A stretch of 32,178 bases of DNA from an uncultured Methanosarcinales archaeon. GTDB taxonomy: Archaea > Nanobdellota > Nanobdellia > Woesearchaeales > UBA12501. The notes beneath the pieces were generated by a model. It was not told the origin of the DNA. It was given only the letters and a program-made list of their open reading frames with translations, and searched no databases. How positions within the stretch are numbered: position 1 is the first letter of the stretch; every line of letters starts with the position of its first letter. Both the position numbers and the translations under genes were made by a program. This document shows positions 8,171 through 17,213 of this stretch, one piece after another. The stretch lies in assembly GCA_964397315.1 (NCBI GenBank), contig CAYNHV010000016.1, positions 1 through 32,178 on the forward strand, read 5' to 3'.

Positions 8171-8359
8171 TTACTGCACAACCACTTAGTAGGTTTTTTG
8201 ATTCTTTTTCCGCACAACTCCCCGCTTCTGCCATTAATAAGCCCACCCAATGATATGCTCGGTGCGCTTTGGGTGGTTTCTGTGACTAGCACATTGAAGG
8301 GGGTGGGTGGCGGGCTTTGTCCATATGTAATTGTGATGAGGGCGGTGGTAAAATCTGGA
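8157..8359. repeat. ~205-bp dispersed repeat, copy A
   Basis: Aligns nearly without gaps to 27658-27862. Shared blocks include TTCCCTCCCTTACTGCACAAC, TTAATAAGCCC, TGATATGCT and TGTAATTG. Confidence 0.85.
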
Positions 8360-8423
8360 GGAACCATTATATTCACATAACGTTCCCGCAACCTCTGCAG
8401 ATTCGCCCCTGTCTGTTATAACT

Positions 8424-9359
8424 TCATTTAACCTTGTCCAGTATCTCCTTGATCGCGTCGTCTGTTGTCATGCCTTTTCTCTCTGCCTCAAAGTTGAGGA
8501 TGATTCTGTGCCGCAGTATGGGGTACGCCATCCTGCTGATGTCCTCTGAGCTGACATGATGCCTTCCATTGATAAGAGCCATGGCCTTTGAGGCAAGCAC
8601 AAGCCCTATGGTCGCCCTTGGCGAGGCTCCGTACTCTATGAGCTCCTTGTTGTTCCTCGTGGCGTCAACTATCTTCACCACCCTCTGCTTGAGGTCATTG
8701 GCTATTGGTATCTGCCTGGCTATCTTCTGCAGGGCAAGAAGGCTTTTCTTGTCCAGCACCACTCTCGGCTTTCTCTCATGCTCCTCTGCAGTGTACATGT
8801 CAAGTATTTTCATCTCCTCTTCCTGACTGGGGTAATTCACCTTGATCTTGAGGAGGAACCTGTCTGCCTGCGCCTCAGGCAGCGGATAAGTCCCTTCCTG
8901 CTCTATGGGGTTCTGGGTGGCCAGAACGAAAAAGGGAAGGTCAAGCTTGAATGTGTTGTTTCCCACTGTGACCTGCTTCTCCTGCATTGCCTCAAGGAGC
9001 GCGGACTGCGTCTTTGGCGTTGCCCTGTTTATCTCGTCTGCCAGGACTATGTTTGAGAATACCGGGCCGTGCTGGAACTTGAACTCCCTCCTGCCGTCCC
9101 TTTCCTCTATTATGTAGGTGCCTGTCACGTCAGAAGGCATAAGGTCCGGCGTGTTCTGTATCCTGCTGAACTTGAGGTCCATAAGGTCCGCGAGGGTCCT
9201 CACTATCAGCGTTTTTGCAAGCCCGGGGTAGCCCTCAAGCAGCGCATTGGCATCGCAGAGTATCGCCGCTGTTATCTGCTCAACAGGCTCCTTCTGCCCC
9301 ACCACAACCTTTCCTATTGACTTGAAAAGCGTGTCAAAAGCCTCTTTATAGTTTCTCAT
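8424..9359 (-). CDS. moxR: MoxR family AAA+ ATPase
   Basis: LLEGYPGLAKT Walker A, RIQ.TPDLMPSD, LADEINRATPKTQSALLEAMQE, ATQNPIEQEGTYPLPEAQ.DRF and GASPR motifs. Confidence 0.95.
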   Translation of the reverse strand: MRNYKEAFDTLFKSIGKVVVGQKEPVEQITAAILCDANALLEGYPGLAKTLIVRTLADLMDLKFSRIQNTPDLMPSDVTGTYIIEERDGRREFKFQHGPVFSNIVLADEINRATPKTQSALLEAMQEKQVTVGNNTFKLDLPFFVLATQNPIEQEGTYPLPEAQADRFLLKIKVNYPSQEEEMKILDMYTAEEHERKPRVVLDKKSLLALQKIARQIPIANDLKQRVVKIVDATRNNKELIEYGASPRATIGLVLASKAMALINGRHHVSSEDISRMAYPILRHRIILNFEAERKGMTTDDAIKEILDKVK

Positions 9360-9361
9360 GC

Positions 9362-10171
9362 TTATCCCTCCGCCAGTTTCTTGAAATAATTCTTTATTAG
9401 CTGCTGCTTGTCTTTCTCCTCAGGTATATCCTCCTTGTAATTCCTTGCCTCAACAGCTGTTATGTCAGGGGGCAGTTGTGAGTTGAATTCCTCTGCCTCC
9501 TCCAGCTCTCCTGACTCCCTGATTATGAACTCGTATGATGATGGGCGCATCTGCATCTCTATATCCTCATCTCCCAGGACAGCCACTGACTTCTGGCCGT
9601 ATATGTCAGAGTTATCCCCTGTTCCTGCAAGAGACTCTCCCTGCAGGTCCGTGTCCTCTCCTCCCCCTCCTGCATCTGATAAGCTGTCCCTTATGCTGTC
9701 AAAGAGCCTGCCCTTGTAATCCCCAAGGTTGAAGTTGAGTGATGTTATGAATATTATGACAAAGCAGAGGAGGACAACAGAGGCTATTTTTGTTATTGTC
9801 TCCTTCCTGTTGAAGAATGAGGAGGCGCTCACATTCCTGACCTCTGCCATTACTTCCCTGTGAAGCTCGTCAACAACCTCATTTTCAGCTGTTGCATGGT
9901 CTGCCGCTGTCCTCAGCTTTTCATTCAGCTCAGGATAATACTTCTCCACAATCCTTATCTTGTTAAGCTTTGTTTCCCTGTAGAATGACATGCCCGCATA
10001 GAACAGCGCGGGTATGAGCGCGGAAACAGGGTAGAGGTCAAGTATTGAGAGTAGGAGGTACACAATAAGAAAGACTATTGTTGAGTCCAGTATTATGAAG
10101 AAGATTATTATGCTCGCAAGAGTCCCCCTTATCTCCCTCACCACATCCGCAAATCTTTTCATCAGCCGCAC
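9362..10171 (-). CDS. Membrane protein of archaeal MoxR/VWA operons
   Basis: N-terminal TM helices, VEKYYPELNEKLRTAAD, and an acidic C-terminus ending IKNYFKKL. Probable start 10162. Confidence 0.85.
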   Translation of the reverse strand: MRLMKRFADVVREIRGTLASIIIFFIILDSTIVFLIVYLLLSILDLYPVSALIPALFYAGMSFYRETKLNKIRIVEKYYPELNEKLRTAADHATAENEVVDELHREVMAEVRNVSASSFFNRKETITKIASVVLLCFVIIFITSLNFNLGDYKGRLFDSIRDSLSDAGGGGEDTDLQGESLAGTGDNSDIYGQKSVAVLGDEDIEMQMRPSSYEFIIRESGELEEAEEFNSQLPPDITAVEARNYKEDIPEEKDKQQLIKNYFKKLAEG

Positions 10172-10680
10172 TCTCCTGGCTTTTCAAGCTCTTTTTCCTC
10201 TATGAAGCTGCACAGGCTCTCAACATCACCCTCAAGATCATCCTTGTCATCCTCAAGGTCGTCAATGTCAGACTGCAGCTCTGCAACATTTGAGGTCAGC
10301 GATGATATCTGGTTCTGCGCGCTCTTCAGCTCCTTGCTCCTGGCAGCAAGGTCTGCTTTTGTTGTCTCAAGCTCTGACTGTGTCTTCTCAAGCTTTTTCT
10401 TGACCTCATCATGCTTTTCTTTTATCTCCTGGTACTGCCCGCTCAGCTCTGTCTCCCTCTCTTCCTTTACCTCCAGCTTGTATGCTGTCTGGTTGAGCTC
10501 TGCCCTCTGCTTGTTCAGGTCCTCAAGGAGGTCATTTATCTTCTCAAGCTTCTGCTCGTATGATGTTGAGAGGTTCTCGTAAGTGGACTGGTAATAGCTT
10601 GTGAGGCCTGCCAGGGCCACCACAATCAGGACTATCACAAACATGAGAAATATGTTCACGTTCTTTTTTATGTAAGCCAT
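10162..10680 (-). CDS. Membrane-anchored coiled-coil protein
   Basis: One N-terminal TM or signal helix followed by a long heptad-rich E/K/L region. Confidence 0.85.
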   Translation of the reverse strand: MAYIKKNVNIFLMFVIVLIVVALAGLTSYYQSTYENLSTSYEQKLEKINDLLEDLNKQRAELNQTAYKLEVKEERETELSGQYQEIKEKHDEVKKKLEKTQSELETTKADLAARSKELKSAQNQISSLTSNVAELQSDIDDLEDDKDDLEGDVESLCSFIEEKELEKPGECG

Positions 10681-10808
10681 TATCAGCCTCTTTTTGGATG
10701 TCTTCCCTGGATGTTCAGGCTTGCCCTCTTCTTTCTCTGCAGGGTTTACTTGGTTAGGGCATTGTTTTTAAATATTTTGCCTGTCCAGCTTGTTAAAGCC
10801 GCTCGCAG

Positions 10809-13268
10809 TCATCGCATCTCGCTTATTCTCCTGACAGCTATCTCAATGAGGAATATTATGATTGCGGCAGCGAGGAAAGGCCATCTCAGGCTTTTTTCTG
10901 TCATCTCCCTCCTTGTTGAGACAGACTTTGTCTTGTTTATTATTCCCTTGATGTCATCAGGACGGAATACTTCCCCTCCTGTGGCCCTCACAATCCCCTT
11001 GATGTCATTGTTAAATCCTGTTTTCTCAAGCTCTTTTATGTAGTTTACCGCTGCCAGCGAGCCGAAGAAGTCATAGAATCCTGTCTTTCCAGGGGTGAAG
11101 GTGCCCTCATAAAGGCGCTTGTCAACCTTTGAGAAGTCAACAAGGTCAGACTTGGGCTCTTTTTCGGACCTGACAGTGACCTTTACAGGCTCCCCTATGT
11201 TTGTGTCGCTGACATCAACGTCAAAATCATTGTTCCTTGTGGGATCACCTATTGCCCAGTTTATCATCCTGGTTATGAGCTCTGAGTTCTTTGCTGACAG
11301 AAGCTCTCCGCTCCAGCTGCTTCCGTCATCTGTTGACACTGCAACAACCCTGCCCAGCCCGTACCTCCATGCTGTTATCACCGGCTTTCCGTCGCACGTT
11401 GCTATAAGCACGTTAGCTGTTGACTTCGGAGCCACGTAATTGTGGCCTGTCAGTACAGCGTCAACCTCAAGCCCTTCTGTTACGAAATGGTTGGGCTCCA
11501 TTATGACAACCTTCTTTCTCTCGTCATTGCACGTGTCATCCTGCTCAGGCTCTCCGAACAGTATCTTGAGCCTCTCTGACTGCTTTGGCCTGTAGTAATG
11601 ACCGCCGCCTGCGCTTGCTATGTTCTTGAGTGTTATCTCTGAGGTGTCCCCTCCAACACCCACTGTAAAGGTGCTTATTCCCTTTTCCCTTGCGCTCTCT
11701 GCAGCCTTAACAGCATCAGATGGCGACCTTGTGACGCCGTCAGATATTATTATCATGTTGTTGCTTCCCTTGGCTCCCTCAAGCATGCCTGCTGCTTTTC
11801 TTATGCCTGCTGAGATGTCAGTGCCGCCCCCGTCCCTCAGCCTTGATATCCTGTCCTCCAGGTCATAGCTGTTGTCAAGAGGCGAGAGGGGCCAGACAGT
11901 GTAAGCGTCTGAGTTGAATGCCGCAATCCCTACCTGGCTCTCGTCCTTTATGTAATCAAGCAAGCTTATTGCAAGGGATTTCTCAACATCAACCTTGCTC
12001 TCCCCGCCTTGGGTGCTGAAGAGGCTGCCTGTGCTGTCTGATATGTCCATGACTATGACAATGTTTATCTTCTCCTCTTTTGACTCATCAGTCTCTGCAG
12101 CCCTTATCTTCACAGGAAGCATCCTCTCAAACAGGGAGCTGGCATACCCTCCTTTCTCGTAGGAGTTCTCCCCTCCGTAGACCACAAGCCCGGAGCCGTT
12201 AAGGACAAAGTCAACAAGCCCCTCATAATCCTTCCCTGATATCTGGCTTATGCTTATGTCATTCATTAGCACCGCGCTATAGCCGCTCAGGTCAGAGGGC
12301 AGCTCTTTCTCCCTGGCAAAGTTGAATATCTCTGTCATGAAGCTGTAGAAGTATGACTCCTTCCCGGACCACATGAATGTCTTTGGCCTGGGCAGTATCT
12401 CAACAGTCTTATAATATTTGTTGTTGGCCTTGAAGTAGTCCTCCTGCTCGCCCTTTGGTATCACCTCTGCTGTTATCTTGTGGTATCCCTCTCCGAGCTT
12501 TCTTGAGAAGGTGTATGACTGAGAGCCTGTTCCGTCCTCATCCACCACTTTCTTGTGGCCCAGCTCTATTGTCACGTGATAAGGCCTCTCTTTCCCAGCC
12601 TGCGTTATCTCAGCCGCAAAGCTCAGCTCTGTTCCCCTCACTGCCTTGTCAGGACCTTTTATCACTATGCCTGTGTCGCTGTGCAGGGGCTCTGGCTGGA
12701 CCGCGTTTATTGTGGCGTTCAGGTTTGCCAGGGTCAATGCCACGTCCCTGAGGCTCTTGCCATGGTTGTTGTTGCCGTCGCTGACGAGCAGGATGTTGTC
12801 ATCGCCCTTGAGCCTTCCCAGCAGGCCCTCTGCTATGGGGGATGTGTTGCCTCTTGCAATGTATTTAAGCTGGGCCGGAAAGCTCATCTCAAGCTTTTCC
12901 TTCAGCTCCGCCGCAAGACCGGTGTCATAAAGCTCAAATGATGTTGAGTTGTCTGCCATTATCACTATTGACATGTCTCCCTGCACTGTCTCCTCATTAA
13001 GCGTGAAAGGGGTTGCGAGAGCGATGAACAGGCAGAGCAGCGCGATGGATCTTGCGAGAGTAACGAATATCCTGAGCAGCCTTCTCTTCTTCATGTAAGC
13101 CTTCTTCTCCTCCTCATTCTTGAATGTGACAAAGTTTTTTCTTATGAGGATAATAATCCCTATCAGGGCGATGACAAAAAGGAGCATGACCCATGGGTGT
13201 TTCAGGTGGGTGAAATCCGACACTTTTCCTGGAATCCAGGCAATGAGGGCCTGCAGCCTGTCCAGCAT
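10809..13268 (-). CDS. Membrane protein with VWA domains and a class I glutamine-amidotransferase-like region
   Basis: MIDAS-type motifs DNSTS, DISDS, GGGTD and IISDG; GLVVYGG.NSY..GGY; W.YGLGRV; terminal TM helices. Confidence 0.88.
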   Translation of the reverse strand: MLDRLQALIAWIPGKVSDFTHLKHPWVMLLFVIALIGIIILIRKNFVTFKNEEEKKAYMKKRRLLRIFVTLARSIALLCLFIALATPFTLNEETVQGDMSIVIMADNSTSFELYDTGLAAELKEKLEMSFPAQLKYIARGNTSPIAEGLLGRLKGDDNILLVSDGNNNHGKSLRDVALTLANLNATINAVQPEPLHSDTGIVIKGPDKAVRGTELSFAAEITQAGKERPYHVTIELGHKKVVDEDGTGSQSYTFSRKLGEGYHKITAEVIPKGEQEDYFKANNKYYKTVEILPRPKTFMWSGKESYFYSFMTEIFNFAREKELPSDLSGYSAVLMNDISISQISGKDYEGLVDFVLNGSGLVVYGGENSYEKGGYASSLFERMLPVKIRAAETDESKEEKINIVIVMDISDSTGSLFSTQGGESKVDVEKSLAISLLDYIKDESQVGIAAFNSDAYTVWPLSPLDNSYDLEDRISRLRDGGGTDISAGIRKAAGMLEGAKGSNNMIIISDGVTRSPSDAVKAAESAREKGISTFTVGVGGDTSEITLKNIASAGGGHYYRPKQSERLKILFGEPEQDDTCNDERKKVVIMEPNHFVTEGLEVDAVLTGHNYVAPKSTANVLIATCDGKPVITAWRYGLGRVVAVSTDDGSSWSGELLSAKNSELITRMINWAIGDPTRNNDFDVDVSDTNIGEPVKVTVRSEKEPKSDLVDFSKVDKRLYEGTFTPGKTGFYDFFGSLAAVNYIKELEKTGFNNDIKGIVRATGGEVFRPDDIKGIINKTKSVSTRREMTEKSLRWPFLAAAIIIFLIEIAVRRISEMR

Positions 13269-15109
13269 TATAGATCACCCCTGTACTTCACTATGAAAAG
13301 CTCTGCAAGTATCGCTGCCAGCGCAGCTATTATGAGATAAGCGGAGATGTTGACATCCCTTCTTCTCTCCACCTCTCTTGCAGTGTAGGTGCTGCGGGAT
13401 TCTGTGGTGAAGTCAGTCTCTGCGCTGATGTCTGACTCTGTCTCGTCAAGAAGGTTTGCGGCTATTGTCCCTCTGTTGAATGTGTAAAATCCTGCCCTGT
13501 CCAGCAGCAGCCTGCTTGTTGTTCTTGTTCCTGAAGGGGTCCTGATTCTTGTGTCAGGGGCGAGGCTCATAATCTTGCCTGTGGGGTAATTGAAGCTGGA
13601 GATGTCCTCTGTTCCCACAAGCGCGTTGAAGAGCTCGTTCCAGAATACAGGGTAGGATGGTGATGACTTGAATGTTGAGAACCTGTCTATTATGCCGTAA
13701 TAGATTATGCTTCCGCTGCCCCTCTTCATTGACACGATCATCGGAGAGGAGTCAGCTGCCTCGGCGTATATGACAGAGCCGTTCAGGGCCTCTGCCTTGA
13801 AGTACTGGTTTGAGGTGCCGAACTCAATATCCTCCTCTTCTGCAAAATCGTGCTTTCCCTCCATGGGCTGGGAGTAGAGGCTGACGCTGGTCGGGGACTT
13901 GTCCACCCTCTCCTTGGGCCTGACAGGAAGCAGCCCCTTGTAATCCACCTCTGCCATGTCTGTCCTTGCCATTATCACCGCTGACTTTCCGTTTCTCACC
14001 TGCTCGTCAATGCCCTCCAGAGTGCCTGTAAGCAGCTTGTCGTGATAATAATTCCCCAGTATTATTATGTCATAATCCCCTATGTCTGGAAGTATGGGCG
14101 GGTTGGCTATGTCAAGGCTTATCTCTTTTGATGACTCAAGAGCTTTCTTCAGGTAGATGTTGATCTCATTGCTTATGAGAAGGGCCTTTATCTTTGTTTT
14201 CTCTGGCGCGCTTACGTATGCCGTGTTGTCTGCCATCAGGTCGTCTTTCCTGTCCAGCTTTATCTCTGTCCTCCCTCCAGGAGTCTCAAAGCTGAATGAG
14301 CTGACTGAGTCCTCTGCAATCTCCATCTTCACTTTTTTTATCTCCTTGTTGTTGTTGATGACTGCTGCAGTCACTGCCGCAGGCTCTTCATTGAAGTTCC
14401 TGATGTAAACCTCTGTGTAATATTTGTTGATGAGCAGGTCTGTTATGCCTATGTTGTCGCCTTTTGACCCCACATTCACAAAGTCAACAACAGCTCCGTC
14501 AGCCTCAAGTATCTTTCTCACAACATCAGGGTCAGGGCCTGTTGTGTAGATGAAGTCAGAGAGCACGAGAACCCTTCCCTCCTCGCCCTCAAGAAGGTCC
14601 TTGGCAAGAAGCATGGCATCCCCCAGGTTGGTCTTGGTGTCCTTCGGCTTAAGCCCTGAGAGTATGCTGCCTGCCTTGCCCCTCCTGCCGTTGTCAAGCA
14701 GCAGCACAGGGAATTCCTGGGCCAGCACAATGCTCACATCACCCTTCATTGAGCCTTTTGCTGTGCTCACAGCCTCCTTGAACCTCGCGTTGTCATCTGC
14801 AGACATGCTCGCGGATGCGTCCAGCACAATTACGGTGTTTGAGGATGCCGCATCATATGATATGTTGAATATTGGCTGAGTGAGGGCGAAAGCAAGGCCT
14901 GAAAGGGCTATGAGCTGGAGCAGGAAAACAAGGTTCCTGAGCAGCTTCTCAAGAAAAGAGCTCTTCACAGGCTTTCCAGAGTCCCTTATTATGAACATGA
15001 GAGATGGCATGGTCATGTCCTTGGGCCTGGGCCTGATGAGATAGATTATGATAAGTGCAAGTACAGAGAGAAATGCGATAAATCCCGTTACAGAGCCGAA
15101 CTCAACCAT
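13268..15109 (-). CDS. BatA N-terminal plus VWA domain membrane protein
   Basis: IIIYLIRPRP....PSLMF (BatA-like), LLQL..L..L.FAL.QP, VIVLDASASM, VLSDF, and a C-terminal TM. Confidence 0.9.
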   Translation of the reverse strand: MVEFGSVTGFIAFLSVLALIIIYLIRPRPKDMTMPSLMFIIRDSGKPVKSSFLEKLLRNLVFLLQLIALSGLAFALTQPIFNISYDAASSNTVIVLDASASMSADDNARFKEAVSTAKGSMKGDVSIVLAQEFPVLLLDNGRRGKAGSILSGLKPKDTKTNLGDAMLLAKDLLEGEEGRVLVLSDFIYTTGPDPDVVRKILEADGAVVDFVNVGSKGDNIGITDLLINKYYTEVYIRNFNEEPAAVTAAVINNNKEIKKVKMEIAEDSVSSFSFETPGGRTEIKLDRKDDLMADNTAYVSAPEKTKIKALLISNEINIYLKKALESSKEISLDIANPPILPDIGDYDIIILGNYYHDKLLTGTLEGIDEQVRNGKSAVIMARTDMAEVDYKGLLPVRPKERVDKSPTSVSLYSQPMEGKHDFAEEEDIEFGTSNQYFKAEALNGSVIYAEAADSSPMIVSMKRGSGSIIYYGIIDRFSTFKSSPSYPVFWNELFNALVGTEDISSFNYPTGKIMSLAPDTRIRTPSGTRTTSRLLLDRAGFYTFNRGTIAANLLDETESDISAETDFTTESRSTYTAREVERRRDVNISAYLIIAALAAILAELFIVKYRGDL

Positions 15110-15209
15110 TATAGACCTCTTTTTGCCTGTGCGCCTTTTCCCGCCTATATATCAGTTGTATATAAAGGTTTTGAAGAAACAGGAGGTTGCTGGGCATAGA
15201 TCCTGCAGG

Positions 15210-15473
15210 TTAGTTCCTCTGGTAGGCATTGTCGTGATGATCTATGGCGATGAATTCCACTGTACTGCCTTTTATGCTGAACATTATTACGTAGCTTCCT
15301 GCGTGGAAGCGTCTTAGTCCTTTCAGATCATATTTCAGAGGTTTGTAGAATTCGGGTTGCTGGAGCACTTCTTTTATCTTTTTGCATATTCTTCTAAAGG
15401 CAATGCTGTCTTTTTTCTTTATTTTTGAGAGTTCCTTTTCAAATTCTGGGGAGAATCTTCTTTGGTAAGGCAT
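15210..15473 (-). CDS. relE: RelE/ParE-family toxin
   Basis: FSPEFEKELSK, YKPLKYDLKGLRRFHAGSYVIMF and IDHHDNAY, typical of archaeal RelE. Confidence 0.88.
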   Translation of the reverse strand: MPYQRRFSPEFEKELSKIKKKDSIAFRRICKKIKEVLQQPEFYKPLKYDLKGLRRFHAGSYVIMFSIKGSTVEFIAIDHHDNAYQRN

Positions 15474-15485
15474 TTTGGGAGTTTT

Positions 15486-15686
15486 TTAGAGAGAATTAAG
15501 GTATTCCTCCATCTCTTTATCATCCTTGCAGGTCTTTCCCTTGCCCTGTTCCAGCTGTTTCTGCGCTTTTTTCACTTTCCTGATGAAGCTTTCGCTGAAC
15601 TTTTCTTCAGAGTCCTCATACAGGACTTCCTCGCACTTCTTCAGGAATTCGTACTCTTCCTTTGGTATTGACACTGTCTCTCCCAT
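15486..15686 (-). CDS. Cognate antitoxin (RelB-like)
   Basis: Small charged ORF directly upstream of relE, starting METV-like MGETVSIPKEEYEFLK. TTTAAAAATA box ~25 bp upstream supports a leaderless start at 15686. Confidence 0.75.
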   Translation of the reverse strand: MGETVSIPKEEYEFLKKCEEVLYEDSEEKFSESFIRKVKKAQKQLEQGKGKTCKDDKEMEEYLNSL

Positions 15687-15800
15687 TGTAAGGGTTTGTT
15701 GAAGCTTTGGTATTTTTAAAGGTTTTGATTTCTTGGATGCCATGGCAACAACCAGCAGCTTATAAAGGGACACTCCCTGTATAGATGAGGTTAAAACAAG

Positions 15801-16211
15801 CTAAAAATCTTCAGGTTTTTTCACATAACTGAGCCTGAAGTTCCTGCCCGAGCTGAGGATTATGCCGCTTTTGCTTCTTTTCGGGAGTATGAATCTTCTG
15901 AACTGCTCGTTTCTCTTTTCCAGCGCCGGCCTTATCTCATCTTCAGGCCTTTTTCTCTCAACAGTATCCCTCCTGAGTCTCCTCTCAAATTGTGTTTCAT
16001 CATCGCATTCAATGAAGATTACCATATCATACATTCCTGTATCAGGGACAAGAAGCGCCGGAAGCCCGTCTATTATATTATACCGGGAAGGCTTGTAATG
16101 CTTCACACTGTCCTCAGGGCTCACACTTGAAGTGGGCTTGTCAAATTCAATTCCTTCCCTTATCTTCTTCAAGTCCTCATCCAGCGTTTCCACCATTAGC
16201 GAGTCAGGGTG
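15801..16211 (-). pseudogene. Uridine kinase/phosphoribulokinase-like, 5'-truncated (no P-loop)
   Basis: HPDSL..L, IIDGL.AL, YD..IFIECD and RRLRRDTVER..QFRRFILP motifs are present. The Walker A region is absent. Confidence 0.7.
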
Positions 16212-17048
16212 GGCCTGATAAGCCTTAAGGACTGCCTGAATGCCATAAAGAGATCCGGCCTTTCACGAAAGAATATGCTTGAGACAGCCATACTTCTCAG
16301 GGAGCCCCTTGCAATAGATTACTTCAGCAGGAAAAAAAGCGCTCTTGAAATCTTTTCAGAAATAATAATGAGCACAGCAATGACAGTTCCCGCCCTGGTG
16401 GGCGAGGTATTCACAGAAGAGCAGAGGGAGATATCAGGCGTTTATGAGGGGATACTGAGAGCTGTTGCAGACGGAAAAGGCGTATCCACAGAGATATCAG
16501 ATTATCTCTTCTCAAGAAGGCTCATCAGGAAGAACGACCCGAGCGCAGTGCAGCAGTACCTCAATAACCTCATATCATTCGGGATAATAAAGAGGATTCC
16601 TGTCTATGGCAGGAAGAGATTCTCTTACAGGCACGCATCCCCTCTCCTGAAGCTTTTCTACTACTCTGACGAGAAATACAACATTTCAGAAAGATCACTC
16701 TCTGAAAAGGAGATCAAGGAGATAATATCAGTTCTCATGCCCCGTTTGATTGAGGATAATATCAGGGAATTCTATGCTGAGGCGCTCGGATTGGGAGAGT
16801 CAATCATTGAAGCAAAAGACCACGAGATTGACGCGTGCCTCCTCAAATTCAGGAAACCGCAGGCTGTCATGGAAGTAAAGTGGAAGAGCCTGAAAAATGA
16901 TGATATCCTCAAAGCAGAGGAGAACCTCAGAAGATACAGGGTGAGGAAAATACTTTTTGTTCCTGAAAAAGAGAAAGCAGAATCGTCATCCCTTGAGGTT
17001 AATGACCCTTCTGACCTTCTTGAAACTGCTGGTAAAGCTGAGCTTTGA
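16209..17048 (+). pseudogene. Archaeal ATPase (wHTH plus PD-(D/E)XK-like C-terminus, DUF234-like), 5'-truncated
   Basis: YEGILRAVADGK..STEI, YLNNLISFG and EIDACL...MEVKW are present. There is no Walker A/B domain and no room for a promoter. Confidence 0.7.
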
Positions 17049-17213
17049 GCAGCAGCTTGATAAGGAGATAGAAGAAGCCCAGAAAAGAGTGGAAGAGGAA
17101 ATGAGATAAAGCCGAAGGCTTTTTAAACCTTAAAGAATATTTATAATTTTAACCAAATCAGAGATTTGGAACGTTGAAGAGTTTTTTAATGCGAGCGTAG
17201 CGAGCATTGGGGT

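Noticed and set aside
8064..8391. ORFs 8064-8246, 8146-8391 and 8198-8380 as real genes
   Set aside because: They have no recognisable domain, and the homologous copy at 27658-27862 has stops or indels in the equivalent frames.
15687..15773. N-terminal extension of the antitoxin in the ORF track
   Set aside because: A TATA box lies inside the extension, which favours the leaderless start at 15686.
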